Assembly: GCA_018056165.1 (NCBI GenBank)
Contig: JAGPGD010000002.1
Coordinates: forward strand, 7,686 to 71,685
Source: Paludibacteraceae bacterium
GTDB taxonomy: Bacteria > Bacteroidota > Bacteroidia > Bacteroidales > Paludibacteraceae
Direction: 5' to 3'
Length of the DNA stretch: 64,000 nt
The translations under genes and the position numbers were made by a program. Each line of letters starts with the position of its first letter. Within the stretch, counting starts at the first letter, position 1. A model generated the notes under the pieces. The model saw only the letters and a list, made by a program, of their open reading frames with translations, was not told the DNA's origin and searched no databases. Positions 50,601 through 60,842 of this stretch are shown one piece after another.

Positions 50601-53600
50601 TGATAAAATAATCGTAATAATCGCAACGTTTCAATTCCTTCTGGTGCGATTAAAAGACACCTGACAACGATAATCAGGAAACAATTATAAGTTTCAATTC
50701 CTTCTGGTGCGATTAAAAGTGAATATAAAACTCTTTTGCTTTACAAAATTTGGTTAAGTTTCAATTCCTTCTGGTGCGATTAAAAGTTGAAACAGAAGAC
50801 GTAAATTCATTAATCGACAGGTGTTTCAATTCCTTCTGGTGCGATTAAAAGTTACCTTGTAAATCAAGTTGATATACTTTCTTTGGTGTTTCAATTCCTT
50901 CTGGTGCGATTAAAAGATCTGTGCCTGCAATCCAAGCCCGTAAATCTTCCAAGTTTCAATTCCTTCTGGTGCGATTAAAAGCTTACAAACAGCACACCGA
51001 AAAGATTTATCGCTTTGTATCGTTTCAATTCCTTCTGGTGCGATTAAAAGTAATTTCTTTGCCGCCGTCATGCGGACTTGTTTTGTTTCAATTCCTTCTG
51101 GTGCGATTAAAAGAGGACGAATTGACCGAATACGACATCATGGTAGCAAGTTTCAATTCCTTCTGGTGCGATTAAAAGACACAAAAACGAAAGCCTTTGG
51201 AAGATTTACGGGCTGTTTCAATTCCTTCTGGTGCGATTAAAAGTCACTGTCAGTTGAGAAGAATTCAACCCACGATCCATTGTTTCAATTCCTTCTGGTG
51301 CGATTAAAAGCAATTATCAATAAATCTTCATATGATTTCGATATTGTTTCAATTCCTTCTGGTGCGATTAAAAGCTGCACAACGTAAACGACAGAATTTT
51401 GCGTCCCGATAAAGTTTCAATTCCTTCTGGTGCGATTAAAAGTGAATAGCTTCATGATTGAGTGTTATATCGTCAATCTGTTTCAATTCCTTCTGGTGCG
51501 ATTAAAAGCTGTCAGTTGAGAAGAATTCAACCCACGATCCATTGTTTCAATTCCTTCTGGTGCGATTAAAAGCGTTACTCGATTATAATCCTTCGTTTTC
51601 AGACGATCATGTTTCAATTCCTTCTGGTGCGATTAAAAGTGACAATATTTGAAAAATTATGTTACATCGCAGATGTTTCAATTCCTTCTGGTGCGATTAA
51701 AAGGACAATATTTGAAAAATTATGTTATATCGCAGATGTTTCAATTCCTTCTGGTGCGATTAAAAGCTGTTGACAAGTCTATCAAATTAGAAATTGTCAA
51801 AAATCTGTTTCAATTCCTTCTGGTGCGATTAAAAGCCCAAATTTTTAACAATCTGAAATGTGATTGTTAAGTTTCAATTCCTTCTGGTGCGATTAAAAGC
51901 TTATAAATGCAGAAAAATGCGAAGATTAAAAAAACGTTTCAATTCCTTCTGGTGCGATTAAAAGGTTTTTTCCTTCCATTTATCAAATTGTCCGTTGTCG
52001 TTTCAATTCCTTCTGGTGCGATTAAAAGCACAATTGAATTTATTGATAGGGATACTAAAGAATGTTTCAATTCCTTCTGGTGCGATTAAAAGGAACTTGA
52101 AAAAAAATGCTGTAATTATGCTCGCAAACGTTTCAATTCCTTCTGGTGCGATTAAAAGGATTTTACAAATGAAAAAGTTTTTACAAAGATTAGACTAGTT
52201 TCAATTCCTTCTGGTGCGATTAAAAGATTTTTCTTAAAATATCTGAACGTTTCCAGCAGCTGTTTCAATTCCTTCTGGTGCGATTAAAAGTCATTTTCAT
52301 CCCATTTTTTTAAGAAATTTTTATCATTGTTTCAATTCCTTCTGGTGCGATTAAAAGTTTTTTATAATTTTTTTTTATAAAATTATCTTTTTGGGTTTCA
52401 ATTCCTTCTGGTGCGATTAAAAGTTCGACTTCAATTTCAGCCTTCCGAAATGCTTCTGCGTTTCAATTCCTTCTGGTGCGATTAAAAGTAAAATTTGTTT
52501 ATCAAACGCAAAAGGTTTGGCGTCGTTTCAATTCCTTCTGGTGCGATTAAAAGTTCGACTTCAATTTCAGCCTTCCGAAATGCTTCTGCGTTTCAATTCC
52601 TTCTGGTGCGATTAAAAGGGTTGGGCTGCTGTCAAATTAGAAAAAAATCATAATAAGTTTCAATTCCTTCTGGTGCGATTAAAAGTTAGATACCCTAAAC
52701 AATTCATGCCAATATTCTTTGTTTCAATTCCTTCTGGTGCGATTAAAAGTTGAAAAAAACGATGTAGTGCTTAAAATTTTATGGAAGTTTCAATTCCTTC
52801 TGGTGCGATTAAAAGGGATAATCATCAGGAGCATAGACAATGCTCCCTTCGTTTCAATTCCTTCTGGTGCGATTAAAAGATTAAAATGTATCATACTTCT
52901 TATAATTAACTTCAAAGTTTCAATTCCTTCTGGTGCGATTAAAAGTTTATTGATAGTGATATTTTTAGTTATACCATCGCAGTTTCAATTCCTTCTGGTG
53001 CGATTAAAAGAATATCAAACCTATTGATTCGTAACCTCTTATGCGGTTTCAATTCCTTCTGGTGCGATTAAAAGGTTGAAAAGGTTAAATTTATTGATAA
53101 AGTAAAATAGTTTCAATTCCTTCTGGTGCGATTAAAAGCTGAATTTCATAATTTCCCGCTTCACCGTGTTGCGGTGTTTCAATTCCTTCTGGTGCGATTA
53201 AAAGTTCTTCGTTACTACGCCGCCAAGCTGCCTTAGATCCGTTTCAATTCCTTCTGGTGCGATTAAAAGCGGATACGCCAAAATTTTCTGAATTACTGAT
53301 TAAATGTTTCAATTCCTTCTGGTGCGATTAAAAGACTATTTTCTGGCAACAGGACATAAATAGTAATTTCGTTTCAATTCCTTCTGGTGCGATTAAAAGG
53401 AAAATTATGTTAGAAATTTCAAAGATAAATTAAAAGCTGTTTCAATTCCTTCTGGTGCGATTAAAAGAACCAATACTTATTTGATAAGAAGTTGAATCTT
53501 CGGTTTCAATTCCTTCTGGTGCGATTAAAAGGGATTGCCCAGACTGGATTGGAAACAGGAGTGCCTGGTTTCAATTCCTTCTGGTGCGATTAAAAGTGTG

Positions 53601-56600
53601 CAAATAGTTACAAGTAAAAAATTCCACGAAAGCGGGTTTCAATTCCTTCTGGTGCGATTAAAAGAATAGCATAATTTAAGTTATTGTTAAAAGTTATTAA
53701 CATGTTTCAATTCCTTCTGGTGCGATTAAAAGAAGATATAAATACATAGCTGAACTCTGGTATAGCGGGTTTCAATTCCTTCTGGTGCGATTAAAAGGAA
53801 AAATGACGATGCTTTAACACGCCTACAAACGTCAAGTTTCAATTCCTTCTGGTGCGATTAAAAGGTGTAGAAGAAATTCTAACCCAATTTCCTTGCGTAT
53901 TGTTTCAATTCCTTCTGGTGCGATTAAAAGGCTTGTACCACCAACAATCCCACCTTGTTCAAAGGCGTTTCAATTCCTTCTGGTGCGATTAAAAGTATTT
54001 GTTGCTCCTATACCTTCATAGTAAAATTGAAGTTTCAATTCCTTCTGGTGCGATTAAAAGAAAATAAAAGAAAATTTTAATTTAAAGCAATGTTTCTTGT
54101 TTCAATTCCTTCTGGTGCGATTAAAAGTCACCAAATGACAAAAATTTTATATCAAAATGGGAAAAGTTTCAATTCCTTCTGGTGCGATTAAAAGAAATGG
54201 AAACAAACGAATTAAAGCGAACGAGAGAAAGTTTCAATTCCTTCTGGTGCGATTAAAAGTAGAAGGTATGGGCAACAAAAGCCGTGTGAGGGTGAGTTTC
54301 AATTCCTTCTGGTGCGATTAAAAGAAGCGGGAAATTATGAAATTCAGAAAAATAGTCAAGTTTCAATTCCTTCTGGTGCGATTAAAAGAGTGTTATTATT
54401 TTATGCTTTCCGTGAAGAGGCAATTGTTTCAATTCCTTCTGGTGCGATTAAAAGTAAACTTCTTTAATTTCCGTTCCTGGAACTTCGTGTTTCAATTCCT
54501 TCTGGTGCGATTAAAAGATAGTTATAAAGAACGCTTACTTCTCTTTGTTCAAAGTTTCAATTCCTTCTGGTGCGATTAAAAGCGTACTTCAAAGGAGTAA
54601 ATATCTCCGTAATAAGTGTTTCAATTCCTTCTGGTGCGATTAAAAGAACGAAAACCGTCTGCAAATTGGCAACCGAAATACAGTTTCAATTCCTTCTGGT
54701 GCGATTAAAAGAAGATCATATTTGTTATTAGTCGCTTGCGCTCCTCGAGTTTCAATTCCTTCTGGTGCGATTAAAAGCTATATGTATAAATCCGAGAGAG
54801 ACGGTTATCTCTGTTTCAATTCCTTCTGGTGCGATTAAAAGTCATTTTCATATTCATTTTCATATTCAGTATTTGCGTTTCAATTCCTTCTGGTGCGATT
54901 AAAAGCAAAATTTAACAATATTATACATTTAGATTGTCGAGTTTCAATTCCTTCTGGTGCGATTAAAAGCTAATTTTCCTCCCAACCCATACGGCGGGTC
55001 AACAAGTTTCAATTCCTTCTGGTGCGATTAAAAGTGGTTTGAATTTACAAGAAGGTGGTAGAATAATCGTCGTTTCAATTCCTTCTGGTGCGATTAAAAG
55101 AGGCTGCAAAATTTATGAAACTTCAAACGCTTTGCAAGTTTCAATTCCTTCTGGTGCGATTAAAAGATCGAAACATCCAGTCATATTCACCTTCCGAAAC
55201 ACTGTTTCAATTCCTTCTGGTGCGATTAAAAGCCTTAAAGAAAAATCCAAGTCCATGTACCAGATCGGTAGTTTCAATTCCTTCTGGTGCGATTAAAAGT
55301 ATTACTTTGTGTTTGTGCCTTAGTAAGTGTAGCAAAGTTTCAATTCCTTCTGGTGCGATTAAAAGTTTCGATAAGCAAAACCCGACAAAATATCCTGTAT
55401 CAAGTTTCAATTCCTTCTGGTGCGATTAAAAGTAACAATCCTTTTACATTTTCAGCAACTACTACTTTGTTTCAATTCCTTCTGGTGCGATTAAAAGTCT
55501 GAATTACAACGTATATAATTATTTTGTGCAAAGTTGTTTCAATTCCTTCTGGTGCGATTAAAAGCCCGTAAGCGTTCAGGAGGATAGTGATGTTGACGTT
55601 GTTTCAATTCCTTCTGGTGCGATTAAAAGGGCTGCAAAATTTATGAAACTTCAAACGCTTTGCAAGTTTCAATTCCTTCTGGTGCGATTAAAAGTATACC
55701 AACAAGATATGTTTACGGTTAATCCTAAATGTTTCAATTCCTTCTGGTGCGATTAAAAGTTAATTGTCGCACCAAAACGGGTGACTGAAAATGTAGTTTC
55801 AATTCCTTCTGGTGCGATTAAAAGTGTTTTGCTACTACGGCTACTTCCTTGTGCCGAAAGTTTCAATTCCTTCTGGTGCGATTAAAAGCACCCTCGTCGC
55901 TTTCTTTTGTAATGTGATAGATCGTTTCAATTCCTTCTGGTGCGATTAAAAGACAACATAAACAACAGGATTTTGCGTCCCGATAAAGTTTCAATTCCTT
56001 CTGGTGCGATTAAAAGAAGAGGAATTGGAAGAACTTAAAGCTGAAATTAAACGGTTTCAATTCCTTCTGGTGCGATTAAAAGGCTGTCAGTAGAAAAGAA
56101 TTCGACCCATGATCCGTTGTTTCAATTCCTTCTGGTGCGATTAAAAGTCACGCACTGTTGCTTTTTGTACATGTCCGCACATGTTTCAATTCCTTCTGGT
56201 GCGATTAAAAGAAGCCCTGTAATTATTTTTTGAGCATAAACTTTTACATGTTTCAATTCCTTCTGGTGCGATTAAAAGTCGGCGGAAGAAACGTTTCAAC
56301 GTGAATGTGGTAACCTTGTTTCAATTCCTTCTGGTGCGATTAAAAGTTCTTGACGTTTATTAATAATTTTAATAAAATGTCGTTTCAATTCCTTCTGGTG
56401 CGATTAAAAGACCCAAGCCATTTCTGCGTGACTAAAATTTTTGTTGGTTTCAATTCCTTCTGGTGCGATTAAAAGAAACCCAAGCCATTTCTGCGTGACT
56501 AAAATTTTTGTTGGTTTCAATTCCTTCTGGTGCGATTAAAAGTAATTTTTAATGTTTATCTTTCACACAACTTTTTTGTTTCAATTCCTTCTGGTGCGAT

Positions 56601-58348
56601 TAAAAGCGTTTACAAAAACAAAGTCGCTGCACTTCCTACGTGTTTCAATTCCTTCTGGTGCGATTAAAAGTTTGTTCACCAAACGATAAAAATTTTCTTT
56701 CAAAAGTTTCAATTCCTTCTGGTGCGATTAAAAGGATTTACCTATTGCAACTCAAGCAAATGCAGTTTTGTGTTTCAATTCCTTCTGGTGCGATTAAAAG
56801 TGTTAAAAAATATATTTTTACTCTCGATTCAAAGGATGTTTCAATTCCTTCTGGTGCGATTAAAAGTGTAATTTTCTTTTTCAGATTCAAGAACTTTTTC
56901 AGTTTCAATTCCTTCTGGTGCGATTAAAAGATCGTGACCTTTTCTCATTGCTCTTGTTTGAAAAACGTTTCAATTCCTTCTGGTGCGATTAAAAGTTTGC
57001 CATTGCAAGCCACTTCCAGCCATTTTATCAGTTTCAATTCCTTCTGGTGCGATTAAAAGTGTATTGCAGTAAAACCTCCATCTTTTGTTCCACGGTTTCA
57101 ATTCCTTCTGGTGCGATTAAAAGTTTGTCAAGCTGTCTTTGAATTTCTCAACTTGTTCGTTTCAATTCCTTCTGGTGCGATTAAAAGTCCGATTATGATA
57201 AGATTGATGCGATTGAAACTTTGTTTCAATTCCTTCTGGTGCGATTAAAAGGTTGTTGAGATTCCTTATGACTGTGTCGCTTTGAGGTTTCAATTCCTTC
57301 TGGTGCGATTAAAAGTCGATTTAAATTTGCGGAAATTAATATGTACGACACCGTTTCAATTCCTTCTGGTGCGATTAAAAGTAAACAAAATAAAAATTGT
57401 GTGCTGGCAGTTGGAAGTTTCAATTCCTTCTGGTGCGATTAAAAGCCGACCACGAATTTGCTAACTATAAGATTGTCAAGTTTCAATTCCTTCTGGTGCG
57501 ATTAAAAGTCAGTTGCCTATAGCTTATGCCGAATTATTTAAAAAGTTTCAATTCCTTCTGGTGCGATTAAAAGAAAACTCCCTCTTGTATATTCATTGCT
57601 TTGAATATGTTTCAATTCCTTCTGGTGCGATTAAAAGTTTAAAATTATAATTGTTATTTTCTGTAAAATAATGTTTCAATTCCTTCTGGTGCGATTAAAA
57701 GAAGACTTAAAAGAGCGTATTGATATTATCGAAGAAACGTTTCAATTCCTTCTGGTGCGATTAAAAGCAGATTTGAATTTGAAAGACCAAGTTATTGAAC
57801 CAAGTTTCAATTCCTTCTGGTGCGATTAAAAGCAGAGCAATAGCGTTTATATACATGTTCCTGTCAAGTTTCAATTCCTTCTGGTGCGATTAAAAGAATA
57901 TGCTTTATGGAGATATTGTTCATGTAGATGCTGAGTTTCAATTCCTTCTGGTGCGATTAAAAGTGGCAAGCTGCAAATAATTAGCTCCGTTGTAAATCGG
58001 TTTCAATTCCTTCTGGTGCGATTAAAAGCCCAGCTCTTACAATGAGTTATACACAAAGTTATGGTTTCAATTCCTTCTGGTGCGATTAAAAGCGTGCCGA
58101 AAGAAATTATTTCAACAAAAAAAATAGTGGTTTCAATTCCTTCTGGTGCGATTAAAAGTTCCTGTATTTTGTCGGTAGGTGTCCGGCTATATGTTTCAAT
58201 TCCTTCTGGTGCGATTAAAAGTAATTGTCAAAAATTTGTTTATTTCCATCGTTCAGGTTTCAATTCCTTCTGGTGCGATTAAAAGTATCTGCATTTTTTT
58301 TCTTTGTCGTACCAGCCCCGTTTCAATTCCTTCTGGTGCGATTAAAAG
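44626..58348 (-). CRISPR. CRISPR array: 211 direct repeats of 29 nt and 210 spacers (34-39 nt, one of 46 nt)
   Basis: Plus-strand consensus GTTTCAATTCCTTCTGGTGCGATTAAAAG (171 copies, 47248-58348). Variants: ATTTC..CTTCTGG.. (30 copies 44626-46553, plus one at 47184) and ATTTC..CTTtTGG.. (9 copies 46591-47147). Repeats were counted by hand. Minus-strand transcription is inferred: that reading ends in ATTGAAAC, the array follows cas1-cas2 plus a leader, and re-acquired spacers vary in length only at their plus-strand 5' end. Confidence 0.97.
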
Positions 58349-58559
58349 CCGTGCTCTGTATCAAAAATTTTATCTAAAAATCAAATTGTTAGCAAAACAA
58401 TGAGCATCCTTTATGGAATGTAAAAATTGTCGATAGGCAAAAATATAAAAATCCTTGATTTTCGACAACTTGTTTTTATCTTGATTTTCAATAGATCAAA
58501 AAAAAATCATATTCGAATTCAACAACATAAAAAGAAAAAACTCATCTTTCGACAATTGA
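58349..58559 (-). other. Putative CRISPR leader (A/T-rich, ORF-free) between cas2 and the first repeat, with a -7 box at 58438-58445
   Basis: 211-bp A/T-rich spacer. CAAAAATA (TATTTTTG on the minus strand) lies ~90 nt upstream of the repeat at 58348. There are three TCGACAA motifs (58427-58433 inverted, 58462-58468, 58549-58555) and a duplicated CTTGATTTTC. Confidence 0.55.
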
Positions 58560-58823
58560 TTACAAAAAAATATCAGTGCTACTTCTTTCTTTTCCAATGA
58601 TTTGTTTGTCAAGAAATTTTTCTGTCCTGCTGGAAAAAATAATCAATGAATCTTCTTCCAATTTCATGATTCTTTCTGCAAATATAATTAATTCTTTCAA
58701 TTTGACTTCTGAAATTTCTCCTTCAAAAACCGAATTTTGTATCCAGTTCAAATATCTCCGACAAAGTTTGAGCATTTTTGCTACTCGTTTTTCATTGACG
58801 TCATATACCAAAATTACGTACAT
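58560..58823 (-). CDS. cas2: CRISPR-associated endoribonuclease Cas2
   Basis: MYVILVYDVNEKRVAKMLKLCRRYLNWIQNSVFEGE.. is a canonical Cas2 N-terminus. 87 aa, abutting the cas1 stop. Confidence 0.95.
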   Translation of the reverse strand: MYVILVYDVNEKRVAKMLKLCRRYLNWIQNSVFEGEISEVKLKELIIFAERIMKLEEDSLIIFSSRTEKFLDKQIIGKERSSTDIFL

Positions 58824-59840
58824 TTACCAATACATTTTAAACGGTTTGTATTCTTCCATCCCCAGCAAATGTTTGCTCAGTTTATAACACTCCAACTTGA
58901 TGAGATGTCGATAACTCACTTTCCGTTTGAGCGATCGGTGCTGAATGGTTTCGTTGAGCCGTTCTTCGAATGCTTGAACAAAAATCTTTTTTCCCGATGG
59001 ATTAAGCAAACATTTGTTGAGTTTACTTTCAAAATGTTTTTCCTGAAGCTCCCTTTTGTTCAACAATTTGAAAATTACTCTGTCCACCAGTATGGGCTTA
59101 AAAATTTCCGAAATATCCAATGATAAGGAATAACGACGTTCTCCTGGAGTATGCAAATAGCTGATAGTTGGATTCAATTGTGTTTGATGAATAGCACGCA
59201 AACATTGGGAATAACACATCATATTGCCAAACGAAATCAAGGCATTCACTTCGTTTCTCGGTGGCTGCTTACTTCTTCCTCCCATGCTGAAATCGTTGAT
59301 GATTTCATCAAAACCATCATAATAAGTTTGTCGGATATTGCCTTCCAATCCCATAACTTCGTCCACCGCATTTGCATTGGGCAAGGCAAGAATGTATTGT
59401 TCTATTTTTTCGATAACGCCATCCAAATCTTTTCCTCGCGTATTGTAATATTTCAGATTTTTCATCATATTGAAAGCCGCACCTTCCACAAACTTGCGGG
59501 CAAGTTCCAACCGTTTTTTCTTATTTTGATAAGCTGATGTTTGTGCCAGAATCATTTTTCCAGACAACAAACTGTCGCGGGGCATGAATGAGCCCGTATA
59601 ATTTTCATAATAATCAAAAAAATGTACAGCTATATCGTGTTGTCCCAAAAAGTTATACAAAGCACTATTGGCAGTCAAAGCACCGAACACGTAAAATTCT
59701 GAAATATCTTCCACCGGCAAATAACGTGGTTGACCTTCGTGATCAATGCCATTTTCATCTTCTTCAATGGGCGTAAACTTAATGGTATTGTCCTTTCGCT
59801 GCAAGGTGCCAGGATTGAAAAGGTAATAGGTCTTTTTCAT
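58824..59840 (-). CDS. cas1: CRISPR-associated endonuclease Cas1 (type I-B-like)
   Basis: 338 aa. The N-terminal beta domain (YYLFNPGTLQRKDNTIKF) and C-terminal helical domain (NALISFGNMMCY, EIFKPILVDRVIFKL) match Cas1. Confidence 0.95.
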   Translation of the reverse strand: MKKTYYLFNPGTLQRKDNTIKFTPIEEDENGIDHEGQPRYLPVEDISEFYVFGALTANSALYNFLGQHDIAVHFFDYYENYTGSFMPRDSLLSGKMILAQTSAYQNKKKRLELARKFVEGAAFNMMKNLKYYNTRGKDLDGVIEKIEQYILALPNANAVDEVMGLEGNIRQTYYDGFDEIINDFSMGGRSKQPPRNEVNALISFGNMMCYSQCLRAIHQTQLNPTISYLHTPGERRYSLSLDISEIFKPILVDRVIFKLLNKRELQEKHFESKLNKCLLNPSGKKIFVQAFEERLNETIQHRSLKRKVSYRHLIKLECYKLSKHLLGMEEYKPFKMYW

Positions 59841-59849
59841 AAAATATAA

Positions 59850-59927
59850 GTGATGATTTTATGGGTGATGGGTGATGGATTTATGGGTGATGAGTGATAA
59901 TTTGATCATTGATGGATGATTGGTGAT
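59850..59927. repeat. Low-complexity run of GGTGAT/GTGATG motifs flanking the four-helix-bundle gene
   Basis: GTGATGATTTTATGGGTGATGGGTGATGGATTTATGGGTGATGAGTGATAATTTGATCATTGATGGATGATTGGTGATT. The inverted counterpart is at 60288-60314. Confidence 0.85.
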
Positions 59928-60287
59928 TTACAGTGTTTTTGATAGTTTCTTCTTGTAAGAGGACATGACTTTCAGAATTTCTTCGGTTTCATTTTTAAAT
60001 TCATTAACTTTAGCAATAGGAAGAATTTCGAGTTCTTCAATTAATTCAAGCCAAAAAGCGGTTTCATCAGCTTCTTCCACGACTATGCACATTTTGGCAT
60101 ATCTTTCCCGTTCGGATCGAGCTCTGCAAACTGCTCTGTAATTGGCTGCAACAGAAGTTGCAGAACGAATAATTTGTTTTCTGATAACCGAAACTTCATC
60201 CGAAAATTTCACTTTAGCCATTTCTCTCACAATTTCCAATGCCAACTTTTTTGTTCGTTCCCTGAAAATGTCATTGTATTCCCTCAT
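59928..60287 (-). CDS. Four-helix-bundle protein (23S rRNA intervening-sequence protein family)
   Basis: ..ERTKKLALEIVREMAKV..IRKQIIRSATSVAANYRAVCRARSERERYAKMCIVVEEADETAFWLELI.. is typical of the family. The ATG at 60287 is preferred; the track ORF start at 60329 translates the flanking repeat (VIGDKVIGD). Confidence 0.8.
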   Translation of the reverse strand: MREYNDIFRERTKKLALEIVREMAKVKFSDEVSVIRKQIIRSATSVAANYRAVCRARSERERYAKMCIVVEEADETAFWLELIEELEILPIAKVNEFKNETEEILKVMSSYKKKLSKTL

Positions 60288-60314
60288 ATCACCTATCACT
60301 TTATCACCTATCAC
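60288..60314. repeat. Inverted counterpart of the GGTGAT run (ATCACCTATCACTTTATCACCTATCAC)
   Basis: The reverse complement reads GTGATAGGTGATAAAGTGATAGGTGAT. It supplies the last codons and the TGA stop of cas4. Confidence 0.8.
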
Positions 60315-60813
60315 TTTCCTCTTCCACATAACAAAAATCGTAATAACTGCAATTCTTGCAAATTTTCGAATGAATTACTGGAGGGCAATCATCGGATTGA
60401 ATAATTTCAGTAATCTCCTTCTCCATCCCGGCAATTTTCTGTCGGTCGGCATCCGTCAGCTCCACTTTAGTAGTTTGGCGTAGCGTAGGATATTCCAACA
60501 ATCCGCTAACATCTTTCATTCCGTTGCGTTCCAGCACGTAAATGTAATATTTCACTTGCCAGATATGCGCCTCTTCCACTTTGTCCGAACGTTTGATCTC
60601 GTGAATCACTTTATTTCGAGCATCATAATAATCGATTTTTATACCATCGATTTCCACTTCTTCATATCGCTCCGAACGTTGCGGATAACTCGTTTCGTGA
60701 ATTAGCTTGCCATCATAGACTAGATCTGAAGTTTGCTCCATGTTGATGCCATTGGCAAACAGCCAAAGTTTTCGTTTGCAAACCTGATAGTAGTTGAAAT
60801 GAGTGCCGGTCAT
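60304..60813 (-). CDS. cas4: CRISPR-associated exonuclease Cas4 (RecB-like, 4-Cys)
   Basis: N-terminal Cys (YYQVCKRKLWL), nuclease motifs (DYYDARNKVIHEIKRSD, QVKYYIYVL) and a C-terminal CxxCxxxxxC cluster (CKNCSYYDFC). 169 aa. Confidence 0.9.
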   Translation of the reverse strand: MTGTHFNYYQVCKRKLWLFANGINMEQTSDLVYDGKLIHETSYPQRSERYEEVEIDGIKIDYYDARNKVIHEIKRSDKVEEAHIWQVKYYIYVLERNGMKDVSGLLEYPTLRQTTKVELTDADRQKIAGMEKEITEIIQSDDCPPVIHSKICKNCSYYDFCYVEEESDR

Positions 60814-60842
60814 AATCAGGGATGAGTAAATCGTTGTGTTGA

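Noticed and set aside
44626-58348. Plus-strand transcription of the array, with a leader at 44465-44625 and handle ATTAAAAG.
   Set aside because: No TAnnTTTG box faces the array from that side. The cas1-cas2-leader arrangement, the exact ATTGAAAC ending on the minus strand, and the one-sided length variation of re-acquired spacers all favour the minus strand. This is not experimentally excluded.
45139-58403. About 30 ORFs of 60-113 aa in the six-frame track on both strands inside the array (peptides rich in FQFLLVRLK, VSIPSGAIK and LLIAPEGIET).
   Set aside because: They are translations of the 29-nt CRISPR repeat in different frames, joined by stop-free spacers. They are not genes.
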